From the NCBI RefSeq assembly GCF_006345805.1, contig NW_021833665.1:19884-83883 (forward strand): a DNA stretch of 64,000 bases, given 5' to 3'. Both the position numbers and the translations under genes were made by a program. This stretch comes from Octopus sinensis (taxonomy: Eukaryota). Below, one piece after another: positions 50,586 to 62,963 of this stretch; within the stretch, counting starts at the first letter, position 1, and every line of letters begins with the position of its first letter. The notes under the pieces were generated by a model. That model did no database searches. It saw only the letters and a list, made by a program, of their open reading frames with translations, and was not told where the DNA came from.

Positions 50586-53500
50586 AACATATATACGACG
50601 GGATTCTTTCAGTTTCCTTTCACCAAATCCAATCACAAGGATTTGGTCGACCCGGGGCTACTTTAGAAGACAATTGGACAAGATGCGAGGCAGTGTGAAT
50701 GAAACTGAAACCATGTGGTTCGTAAGCAAACTACTTACCACATAGCCATTCGTGCGCCGATTTTCATATATACGACGGGCTTCTTTCAGTTTCCCTTTAC
50801 CAACCCTACTCAGAATACTTTGGTCGGCCCGGGGGTATAGTTGAATACACTTGCCGAAGGTGCCACGCTGTTGGATTGAATCCAGCACATTGAGGTTGGT
50901 GAGCAAACACTCTCACACACAATCGCGCGCGCAAATAGACACAGAGATGAAAGCACACATATTGGCTGAACCACACACTCATGCAATTTCTTGGGAGTTT
51001 CACGGTTTTAAGGTCAACATATTTCAAACATAAAATAGCTTTGCATGTATCTATGTGCATGAGTGCGGAAGTGTGGGTTTTTGTGCGTGTGTGAGCACAG
51101 TCCACACATACCCAAGGTGGTCGCATCGGCTAATGTGACCCAACCGCGAAAGTCTGTTTCACCCAGACATGCACATACAGATATACGTGTATATACCCAC
51201 GCATGTATATGTAGTGTTTAAAACAAAAAAGAAACTGTAAGGGATGGAACGGGAGTTCTTTCCATTTTATTAAGAAAACTTGCATCTGTATGTGTGATAG
51301 TACGTGCGTGCATTCTCGTGTGCCCTTCGAGTGCGAACAAACACACACACACACATTTAAACATATATACGATGGGATACTTTCAGTTTCCTTCCACTAA
51401 ATCCAATCACAAGGATTAGGTCGGCCCTGGGGTACAGTAGTAGACAATTGCATAAGATGACAGGCAGTGGGAGTGAACACCAAACCATGTACAACATAGC
51501 CATTCCTACGCCGGTAATCGTATATACGACGGGCTTCTTTCAGTTTCCCTCTACCAACTCCACTCAGAATACTTTGGTCGGCCCAAGGCTATAGTTGAAT
51601 ACACTTGCCGAAGGTGCAACGCTGTTGGTTTAAACTCGGCGCATTGCGGTTCGTGAGCAATCATTCTCACAGAAATGCGCGCGCAAATAGACACAGAACG
51701 TCATGGTTTTAATGTCAACATTTAAAACATAATATCTACGAGTTTGCGTATATGCATGTCTATATCGTGAGTGCGGACGTGTGGGGTTTGTGCGTGTGTG
51801 AGCACAGTCCACCTATACCCAAGTTTGTTGCATTGTCTTATGGGACCCAGCCGCGAAAGTTCCGGACCCCATTAATGAACTCATTTGCATACAAACAATT
51901 AGGGCTCACCTTGAACTTGTCCAGTTAACAAACAGTAGTGTCTGAATGGGAATTAGCTTGCTTACCTAACAAATGTTTTTGATTTCTGTCCCACTGGGTG
52001 GCACGTTGGGCAAATGTCTTCTACTAGCATATAGACTCGAGGCGATAATAACTATGTCTCGAGTCTATATGATATAACTATTCCAAATCCACCACTCTCG
52101 CGTGGTTTTCTCCGCAGTAAATATAAACTAGATAGATATTTATATATATGTTTCTGTGTCCCCAAAACCGCTTGACAACCGATGCTGGTATTTTTTCACT
52201 CTAGTAACTTCGGGAAAAGACGATCAATAAATAAATTCTAGACTGTCATAGAGTTAGTCCTAGTGTCGATTTGCTCTAGAAAATGCTGTGCTCCAGCATG
52301 GGCACAGTGAAATGACTAACAAGGAAAGCGTAAAAGTGTGTGTGTCACGTCTGCATAATATTCTAGAGCTACTTCCCTAGGAAATTATAATTTAACAAAA
52401 GTAAAATAATTATATGTAAGGAAAGTAACTCTGGAAGATGTTATCTAGTTATCTCCCTTCCGAGTGTTAAATTCCTAGCATTTTATTTTATTATTGTTAA
52501 ATTTTAATATTTAAAGGAAGGTAACTGTAGAAGATACTCTGTAGTTATCTCCCTAAAGTATGTAGTTATCGTAATATAGACTTTGTCGCTCTTTGACTCT
52601 TTCAGTTATTTCACTGTGACCATGGTGGAGCACCGCCTTTAGTCAAGCAAATCAACCCCAGCAATTATTCTTTGTATGCCTATTACTTAACGTATAGGTC
52701 TCTTTTGCAGAACCGATAAGTTACGGGGACGTAATGTTCGATGTACTGATTTAGTAGGTATTTATTTACTGTAAAAACTTCAATTATCATAAATTAGGGC
52801 TAGGAAAAATACTAGAAACTTTTTTGATATACTTATTGGGGCTCCTTGTGTGTGTGTGGGACTGTTTTTGTTTATGTGAGTGTGGGTATTTTCATTTCAG
52901 TGTTTGTGTGTGTGTGGTGAGAGAGTGCTTTTTTTTCTGTGTGCGCGAGTGTGTGAGCGACTGAGTGTTTCTATTTGTTTTGTGTGTGCGACACTTACAA
53001 ATGCAGCAAGCACTTTGACCATTTCTAAGATACCCACATTTGAGATCACTAACTACTAAATCAAAATAAGTTCAATTTATTGCACCTTTAGTGACTTGAG
53101 ATGTTGCTCATATTTTTCCCATGTGTCGACAATGTATTAAGTTCACAAGTGGATAAAAGAAATTCTCATGCTCGCGTGGAGGGGGCTGATATTCTAACTG
53201 CGAGTTCAAAGCACCCAATGCCTCTTTACATTCTGAATAAATTGTATGTTTGTGCTAGTTAGGGTTAGGGTTTTATGTGTGAGTGTGTAACTGCGTTTTC
53301 ATTTCTGTGTGTGGGTGCGTATGTTTGTGTGTGTGTGTGTGTGTTTGTGCGTATGTTAGTGTGTGAGAGTTTGGATGTGTAACCGTATTTTCCATTTCTA
53401 TTTGTGTGTGTCTGTGTTTGTGCATGTGTAGGTATGTAACTGTTTTCATTTCTGTGTTTGTCCGCGTGTTTGAGTGTGTGAATATGTAGCCGTGTATTTT

Positions 53501-54203
53501 CATTTGTGTGTTTGTCTTTGTGCGTATGTGAGTGTTTTTGTGAGAATTTTTTTTCAGTGTTTGTGTGCGTGGGACTTTTTATATATGTGTGTGTGTTGCT
53601 ATTTTCATTTCAGTGTCTGTGCTTGTGTGAATGTTTTTATTTTCGTGTGTACGTGTGTGTGAGCGACTGTGTTTTTATTCGTTTGTGTGTGTGCGACAAT
53701 TACAGCTACAACAAACACTTTAAGCATCTCCAAGATACCCACATTTGCAGATCCCTAAGTTCTAAATGAAAAGAAGTTAAATTTATTGCACCTTTAGTGA
53801 CTTCAGATTTGCGAGTGTTAAGCACGCAATGCCTCCCGTATCTACATACCTGGATTGGCCATAATTGGCCTCATTCGGAGATATCTCGGGTGTGGAATAT
53901 TTATAACTATAGAAGTTAACTTGTTACAGGTTTGTTTATGGCTCAACTTTTGTAGATTTTGGGAAGTTCATAGATCTTAGTGGCTTTGCAGTGAAATCTA
54001 GTCAAGCAATTTGTCTCCTTTTTTGTTAAATCGTGTTGGAACTGGTGAATAAGAGTAGACAGTTTGGTTATTACCTTCGAACGACTGTAGCTGTTTTACT
54101 CCCTGTATTTTAGCTGTTCGGCAAATGAGAATAAGTTAGAATAAATAATAGGCTTACAAAGAAGTGCTGCGGACGATGTGATCGACTAAAGGCGGCGCTC
54201 CAG

Positions 54204-54240
<37 letters not shown>

Positions 54241-54639
54241 TTACAGATATACGCATATATACAAAGAAAACAAAAAATAAACTTGATTATGTCATTATTA
54301 CTTTATTACAGATATTACAACATGAAACGTATTATATGAAATTATGGGGACGTAGACAGACTAGCGTCCGTTGTGTAGCATTGTTTGGGGACAAACAGAC
54401 ATACGCACACACACGTACACATATATATAAACATATATATGACTGCATTTTTCCAGTTTCCTTCCACCATATCCAATCACAAGGCTTTGGTCGGCTCGGG
54501 CTATAGTAGATTTTTCAAACGATGCTGGTGTGTTTTCCTCCCTGTATTTCAGCGGCTCGGCAGAAAAGAATAAGTTAGAATAATACTGGCTTAGAAAGAA
54601 TAAGTGCTGCTGACGATGTGCTCGAAGAAGATAGATTGG

Positions 54640-54700
<61 letters not shown>

Positions 54701-54720
54701 GATATATCAGATATATATAA

Positions 54721-56517
54721 ACTTAGATGTGGTTTCGACCAAAGATTGGTCCAGGCTATGTCTAACTTAATAGCACCATTTAATAGGATTATTCGAATCC
54801 TGTTTAAGTCAGGTTTTTCAAGTAGTGAGTTCTTGTTGGGTGAGTTGTATCCAGTTTTGTTCAAGTAGTGAGTTCTTGTGGGTGAGTTGTATCCTATTAT
54901 GGGTGGCTTATCTGGTATTCTTTGAAGGAATCTATCCAGACTCTGTTTGAAGTTGATGGGATCCTTTTCCTCTTTGATCTCTCTTGAGACAATGTTAAAT
55001 AGGGCAGGGCCTGTTGAGGAAAAGAAATTATGTTGCAGTGTACATGTATGTTGTCATCTTGAATTGGGCAGGGGACGTATAGCTCGTGGTCCAAGTCTTG
55101 GATGAACCTTGAAGCTAATGTTTAGGTCGTTTGGGCATAGTTGGCGGTATATTTTCCACATCGTACAAATGATGTACCGCTCACGCGCGGCGACTGGAGG
55201 GAGTAAAGTTTCAAGGCTTTACGGCGATCCCAATAATCGAGAGCAGCCATGCCTTCAATTCGTTTAGTGAGAGACCTCTGGGGTGACTCAATTCTGGAGA
55301 TGTTTTGTCTTGTGTGAGACCACAGTGGGCAGCAGTATTCAAGGTGTGGCCGTACAAAGGAGGAAAAAAGTGGTTTGATGACACCTTGTTCTCTGGACCG
55401 GAAAGTTCTTAAGATCCAGGAACTCATCCTACGAGCTATATCGACCTTCTTGTTGATGTGTGCACTCCAACTGAGATCGTCATCAACAATTACACCCAGG
55501 TCTCTGATATTGTTAGAGGCTGTGAGCGGTTCCCCTGAAGGAAGAGAGTATGGCTGTTTTAGTGAGGAGTTTCTTCCAAAATGCATCAGCTCAAATTTTC
55601 CCTCGTTCAGTTGTATTTTGTTTCTGTCTGCCTATTGACTCACAGCATATAGATCAGACTGGAGTTGAGTTCGGTCTGCTTTTTCAATGACGATTTGCTG
55701 GAGCTTGGTGTCATCAGCAAATATTTTCACTTTGCAGTAATGTACGACACTGGAAAGGTCGTTTATGTAGATTATGAAGAGTAGCGGACCCAAGACAGTC
55801 CCCTGGGGGACACCGCTGGTGACTTTTGCTGGGCTTGAGTGGACTCCATCAACTACAACATGTTGTGTTCTATTCGCCAGGAAATACTTGATCCAGTGTA
55901 GAACTTTTCCACGGATTCCAACATTTGCCAATTTTGAGAGTAGGATATTATGGTCTACCCTGTCGAACGCTTTACTGAAGTCAAGATATATGACATCAGA
56001 GTTCGAACCTGTTCCCAAGGCTTTGAGTACATCTTCAATGTGGTGTAAGAGCTGTGTTAGACAGTCCATGCCTCACGGAAAGCCATGCTGATTTGCATTT
56101 AGGAGTTTCTGGGTCTCCAGGAAGTCAGCCATCCTTGATCCTAACACTCTTTCAAACACTTTGATGATGTGGGAGGTGAGTGATATTGGGCGATAGTTGA
56201 GTGCGAGGGATCTGTTTCCCTGTTTGAAAACCGGGATGACTGACTGGGATAGAAACTGTTTTGGTATATAACCTGCATCTAACGAATTTCTCCAGAGGTT
56301 GGTCAGAGGGACTGCAAGTTGGTGTTTACATTCCTTCAGGAGACTAGCAGGGAATCTATCAGGGCCTACAGCAGAGTAGTATTTGACCTCATTTATTGCT
56401 GCTACGATGTCAGTGGGAGTGAAGGTTATGTCTGCAATTTGTGTTGGAGTCAACTTCGTTCGCTTCTCTTACGTCAATATCAGTGGGAACACTAAAGACA
56501 GCAGTATTTTTTCTGCA
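54721..56517 (-). mobile_element. 5'-truncated CR1/L2-type LINE reverse transcriptase, frameshifted
   Basis: Consecutive ORFs: NYRPISLTSHIIKVFE; YLDFSKAFDRVDH, SGVPQGTVLGPLLF, IFADDTKL; RDLGVIVDDDLSW, VRPHLEYCCPLW. Confidence 0.92.
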
Positions 56518-56868
56518 ATATATATATAGAGAGAAACATGTATATACATATAGATATTTATATATATATGTATATGTGTGTATGTTTCGGTGTCTCCAAA
56601 ATCGCTTGACAACCAATGCCGATGTTCTTCACACACCGTTAACTTATCCGTTCGGGAAAAGAAGACCAACAGAATTAATACTAGACTGACGTAAATAAAA
56701 GTCCTAGTGTCGATTTGCTCTGGAAAAGGCTGTGCTCCAGCATTGGCACAGTGAAATGACTAAACAAGGAAAAGAGTAAAAGTGTATGCGTTACGTCTGA
56801 ACATTATATTGTAGAGTTAATTAGCTTCCATAATACATTTTGACAATAGTCGTTACGTAGTTAAATAT

Positions 56869-57115
56869 AAGGGAGATAACTTTTGAATATTTTTGAGTTA
56901 TCTCCCTTTCTAGAGTTACTCCCCTTGCATATTATTAATTATTAAATTATAATATGCATGGTAAGTCACTCTACGAAGGAAGATAACTATAAAATCTTTC
57001 AGAGTTACTTCCCTTAAATCTAATTAAATTACTATTACGTATTATTAAATAATTCAAGGGAAGTAACTCTAGAAAGGGAAATAGGTACAAAATTATGCAG
57101 AGTTACTTCACTTAC
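56869..57115. repeat. Foldback-like segment of repeated inverted 13-15-bp motifs; related segments ~34335-34380, 36365-36550, 48165-48350, 49480-49600, 52365-52560, 63110-63300
   Basis: AAGGGAGATAACT (56869) / AGTTATCTCCCTT (56896) and AGAGTTACTTCCCTT (57001) / AAGGGAAGTAACTCT (57056) are exact reverse complements. Confidence 0.8.
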
Positions 57116-57132
57116 ATGTAATTACATTACGA

Positions 57133-57193
57133 TTGGTGTTTGGGTTGGTGTTGGATTAGGGTTAGGGTCAGGTTGGGGTTAGGGTTAGTGTTA
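57133..57193 (+). repeat. Degenerate telomere-like (TTAGGG) tract
   Basis: Perfect TTAGGG at 57156, 57162 and 57179 among TTGGGG/TCAGG variants. Confidence 0.75.
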
Positions 57194-60100
57194 GCCTCGT
57201 TCACACATCATGCGTCCACACAAACAAGCCTCATTCACACATCACGCGTCCATACAAACATGCCTCGTTCACACATCATGCGTCCATACAAACAAGCCTC
57301 GTTCACACATCATGCGTCCACACAAACAAGCCTCGTTCACACATCATGTGTCCATACAAACAAGCCTCGTTCACACATCATGCGTCCATACACGCCACGT
57401 TCACACGTCATGCGTCCATACACGCCACGTTCACACATCATGCGTCCACACAAAGAAGCTTCGTTCACACATCATGCGTCCATTCAAACAAGCCTCGTTC
57501 ACACATCATGCGTCCATTCAAACAAGCCTCGTTCACCATTGTGCGTCCATACACGCCTCGTTCACACATCATGCGTCCACACAAAGAAGCTTCGTTCACA
57601 CATCATGCGTCCATTCAAACAAGCCTCGTTCACACATCATGCGTCCATTCATACAAGCCTCGTTCACACATCATGCGTCCATTCAAACAAGCCTCGTTCA
57701 CACATCATGCGTTTATACAAACAAGGCTCGTTCACCTGTCATGCGTCCATACAAAGAAGCCTCGTTCACACATCATTCGTCCATTCAAACAAGCCTCGTT
57801 CACACATCATGCGTCCATTCAAACAAGCCTCGTTCACACATCATGCGTCCATTCAAACAAGCCTCGTTCACACATCATGCGTTCATACAAACAAGGCTCG
57901 TTCACCTGTCATGCGTCCATACAAAGAAGCCTCGTTCACACATCATTCGTCCATACAAACAGGCCTCGTTCACACATCATGCGTCCATACATACACGCCT
58001 CGTTCACACATCATGCGTTCATACAAACAAGCCTCGTTCACACATGCGTCTATACAAACAAGCCTCGTTCACACATTCGTCCATACAAACAGGCCTCGTT
58101 CACACATCATGCGTCCACACAAAGAAGCCTCGTTCACACATCATGCGTCCATACATACACGCCTCGTTCACACATCATGCGTTCATACAAACAAGCCTCG
58201 TTCACACATCATGCGTCTATACAAACAAGCCTCGTTCACACATCATTCGTCCATACAAACAGGCCTCGTTCACACATCATGCGTCCACACAAAGAAGCCT
58301 CGTTCACACATCATGCGTCCACACAAAGAAGCCTCGTTCACACATGCGTCCACACAAACAAGCCTCGTTCACACATCATGCGTCCATACATACACGCCTC
58401 GTTCACACATCATGCGTCCATTCAAACAAGCCTCGTTCACACATGCGTTCATACAAACAAGCCTCGTTCACACATCATGCGTCTATACAAACAAGCCTCG
58501 TTCACACATCATTCGTCCATACAAACAAGCCTCGTTCACACATCATGCGTCTATACAAACAAGCCTCGTTCACACATCATGCGTCCATACAAACAAGCCT
58601 CGTTCACACATCATGCGTCCATACAAACAAGCCTCGTTCACACATCATGCGTCCATACATACACGCCTCGTTCACACATCATGCGTCCACACAAACAAGC
58701 CTCGTTCACACATCATGCGTCCACACAAACAAGCCTCCACACATCATGCGTCCACACAAAGAAGCCTCGTTCACACATCATGCGTCCATACAAACAAGCC
58801 TCGTTCACACATCATGCGTTCATACAAACAAGGCACGTTCACCCGTCATGCGTCCATACAAACAGGCCCCGTTCACACATCATGCGTCCATACATACACG
58901 CCTCGTTCACACATCATGCGTCCACACAAACAAGCCTCGTTCACCATTGTGCGTCCATACACGCCTCGTTCACACATCATGCGTCCAAACAACCAAGCCT
59001 CGTTCACACTTTATGCGTCCATACAAACAAGCCTCGTTCACACCTCATGCGTTCATGCAAACAAGCCTCGTTCACCGCCATGCGTTCATACAAACAAGGC
59101 TCGTTCACCCTCATGCGTCCATACAAAAGCCTGGTTCATACATCATGCGTCCACAAAACAAGCCTCGTTCACACATCATGCGTCCACACAAAAAGCCTCG
59201 TTCACACATCATGCGTCCATACACGCCTCGTTCACACATCATGCGTCCACACAAGAAGACTCGTTCCCACATCATGCGTTCATACAAACAGGCCTCGTTC
59301 ACACATCATGCGTCCACACAAACAAGCCTCTTTCACACATCATGCGTCCATACAAACAAGCCTCGTTCACACATCATGCGTTCATACAAACAAGCCTCGT
59401 TCACACATCTTGCGTTCATACATACACGCCTCGTTCACACATCATGCGTCCATACAAACAAGCCTCGTTCACACATCATGCATCCATACAAACAAGCCTC
59501 GTTCACCCGTCATGCGTCCATACAAACAAGCCTCGTTCACACATCATGCGTCCATACAAATATGCCAGGTTCACACATCATGCGTCCATACACGCCTCGT
59601 TCACACATCATGCGTCCATACACACAAGCCTCGTTCACACATTATGCGTCCATATACACAAGCCTCGGTCACACATCATACGTCCATACACGCCTCGTTC
59701 ACACATCATGCGTCCACACAAAGAAGTCTCGTTCACACATCATGCGTCCACACAAAGAAGCCTCGTTCACACATCATGCGTCCATTCAAACAAGCATCGT
59801 TCACATATCATGCGTCCACACATAGAAGCCTCGTTCACACATCATGCGTCCATACAAACAAGCCTCGTTCACACATCATGCGTCCATACACGCCTCGTTC
59901 ACCCGTCATGCGTCCATACAAACAAGCCTCGTTCACACATCATGCGTCCACACAAACAAGCCTCCACACATCATGCGTCCACACAAAGAAGCCTCGTTCA
60001 CACATCATGCGTCCATACAAACAAGCCTCGTTCGCACATCATGCGTTCATACAAACAAGCCTCGTTCACACATCATGCGTCCATACAAACAAGCCTCGTT

Positions 60101-60546
60101 CACCGTCATGCGTTCATACAAACAAGCTCGTTCACACACTCATGCGTTCATACAACAAGCTCGTTCACCCGTCATGCGTCCATACAAACAAGCCTCGTTC
60201 ACCCTCATGCGTCCATACAAACAGGCCTCGTTCACACCGTCATGTGTTCATACAAACAGGCCTCGTTCAACATCTTGCGTCCACACAAACAAACAAGCCT
60301 CGTTCACACATCATGCGTTCATACAAACAAATCTCGTTCACCCGTCATGCGTTTTCATACAAACAAGCCTCGTTCACACATCATGCGTTCATACAAACAA
60401 GCCTCGTTCACACATCTTCGCGTCCATTCAAACAGCCTCGTTCACACATGCGTTCATACAAACAAGGCTCGTTCACACCACGCCATGCGTCCAAAGAAAC
60501 AAGCCTTGTTCACACACATGCGTCCATACAAAGATGTTCATACATC
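57194..60546. repeat. 34-bp satellite (GCCTCGTTCACACATCATGCGTCCATACAAACAA) with 30/31-bp variants, ~100 copies
   Basis: Continuous tandem array with local multi-monomer duplications (170-bp period at 57721/57891); degenerates toward the right end. Confidence 0.98.
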
Positions 60547-60982
60547 AGGACACGTAATTCAGGGCAGGTAATAAAGGACAGGTAAATCCTAGGGCAGGTA
60601 TTCCATGGGCCATGTAATTCAGGGCAGGTAAATTGAGGGGCATGTAATTCAGGGAAGGTAATCCAGGGGCAGGTAATTATGGGGAAGGTAATTGAGGGGC
60701 AGGTAACTCAGGGTCAGGTAATTGAGGGGCAGGTAATTCAGGGTGCATGTAATTCAGGGCAGGTAATTCAGGGGCATGTAATTATGGGAAGGTAATTCAG
60801 GGCAGATAATCCAGGGGCAGGTAATCAGAGGAATATAATTCAGGGGCAGGTAATCCAGGGTTACGTAATTCAGGGCAGGTATTCAAGTGCATGTAATTCA
60901 GGGTCATATAACTCCGGGGCAGGTATTCAGGTGCATGTAACTCAGGGGCAGGTAATTCAGGTGCATGTAACTCAGGGCAGGT
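60547..60982. repeat. ~15-bp G-rich minisatellite (GTAATTCAGGGGCAG)
   Basis: About 28-30 tandem variants with a GGGCAGG core. Confidence 0.92.
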
Positions 60983-61073
60983 AAGGGTTGGGGTTGGGTT
61001 GGGTTTAGGGTTGGGGTTGGGTTAGGGTTTGGGGTGGGTTAGCGGTAGGGTTTGGCGTTGGGTTGGGTTAGGT
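60983..61073 (+). repeat. Degenerate telomere-like tract with G-quadruplex consensus
   Basis: GGGTTGGGGTTGGGTTGGG at 60985-61003; TTAGGG at 61005 and 61022. Confidence 0.8.
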
Positions 61074-62881
61074 GTATATACTCTTTCATCTTTCACTGTG
61101 ACCATGGGGAGCACCGCCTTTAGTCAAGCAAATCAACCCCAGGAATTATTCTTTGTATGCCTATTACTAATGTATAGGTCTCTTTTGCAGAACCGATAAG
61201 TTACGGGGACGTAATGTTCGATATACTGATTTAGTAGGTATTTTATTTATTGTAATAATTTCAATTATCATAAATTATGGCTAGGAAAATACTAGAAACT
61301 TTTTTGATAGACCTATCGGGGCTCCTTGAGTGTGTGGGACTTTTTAATTATGTGAGTGTGGGTATTTTCATTTCAGTGTTTGTGTGTGAGAGTGTTTTTA
61401 TTTCTGTGTGCGCGAGTGTGTGAGCGACTGAGTGTTTCTATTTGTTTGTGTGTGTGCGACACTTACAACTACAACAAACACTTTGACCATTTGTAAGATA
61501 CCCACATTTGAGATCACTAAATACTAAATCAAAATGAGTTCAATTTATTGCACCTTTATATATATACACACACACACATGTATGTGTTTGTGTATTTATA
61601 TGTCGTATATAGCGTCGTATATATATATATATATATATCTATATATATTTATATATATATATGTATATATATTTATATATATATATGTATATATGTATAT
61701 GTATGTATATATATATATGTATATATACATACAGATATACGTGAATATACCAACACACGTATATGTAGTATCTAAAAGAAAAAAGAAACTGTAAGGGATG
61801 GAATGGGAGTTCTTTCCGTTTTATTAAGAAAACTTGCATCTGTATGTGTGATAGTACGTGCGTGCATTCTCGTGTGCCCTTCGAGGGCGAACATACACAG
61901 ACACACACACACACACACATTTAAACATATATACGACGAGATTCTATCAGTTTCCTTCCATGAACCCGAAACCATGTGGTTCGTAAGCAAACTACTTACA
62001 ACATAGCCATTCCTACGTCGATATTCATATATACGACGGCTTCTTTCAGTTTTCCTCTACAAACTCTACTCAGAATACATTGGTCGGCCCTAGGCTATAG
62101 TCGAATACACTTGCCGAAGATGCAACGCTGTTGGTTTGAACTCAGCACATTGCGGTTCGTGAGCAATCATTCTCACAGAAATGCGTGCACAAACAGACAC
62201 ATAATGTCACGGTTTAAAGGTGAACATGTTTAAAACATAAATAGCTACGAGTTTGCGTATATGCATGTCTCTATGTGCCTGGGGGCGGGCGTGTTTCCAG
62301 AATGTCGCAGTTTTAAGGTCAACACATTTAAAACATAAATAGGTACGAGATTGCGTCTTTGCATGTATCTATATTCGTGGGTGCGGACGTGTGAGTGTTT
62401 GTGCGTGTGTGAGCACAGTCCACCTATACCCAAGCTGGTTGCATCGTCTCATAAGAACCAGCCGTGAAAGTTCCGGATCACATTAATGAACTCATTTGCA
62501 TACAAACAATTAGGGCTCCCCTTGAACTTGTCAGGTTAACAAACAGTAGTGTCTGAATGGGAATTATCTTGCTTACCTAACAAATGTTTTCGAGTTCAGT
62601 CCCACTGGGTGGCATGTTGGGCAAATGTCTTCTACTATAGTCTCGGGCCGACCAAAGCCTTGTGAGTGGATTTGGGAGACGGAAACTAAAAGAAGACTGT
62701 CGTATGTATATATATATATATATGTAGCAGTAAGAGTGGCTATGTAGCTTGCTATCCAAATACGGTGTTTCTGGTTCAGTCCAACTACGTGGCCCCATTG
62801 GCAAGTGTCTTCCAATATAGCCTCAGACAGACCAACGTTTCTGAGTAGATTTGGTACACGGAAACAGAAAGTAGCCCGTGG

Positions 62882-62963
<82 letters not shown>

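Noticed and set aside
52085-52135. Hairpin ACCAC/GTGGT followed by CTAG as a Helitron 3' end
   Set aside because: The stem is too short, the spacer is ~21 nt, and the following base is A rather than T.
57140-60585. ORFs of 1143, 871 and 1079 aa as protein-coding genes
   Set aside because: They are three overlapping frames through a 34-bp (non-triplet) satellite lacking plus-strand stops; no domain, splice or promoter evidence.
1-60982. Repeat arrays as CRISPR
   Set aside because: Eukaryotic context, no unique spacers, no cas genes.
60983-61073. A functional telomere
   Set aside because: Short, degenerate and followed by ordinary sequence; interstitial only.
13436-62900. A/B-box sequences as tRNA genes
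   Set aside because: They are SINE heads followed by conserved core and tail sequence; no complete cloverleaf seen.
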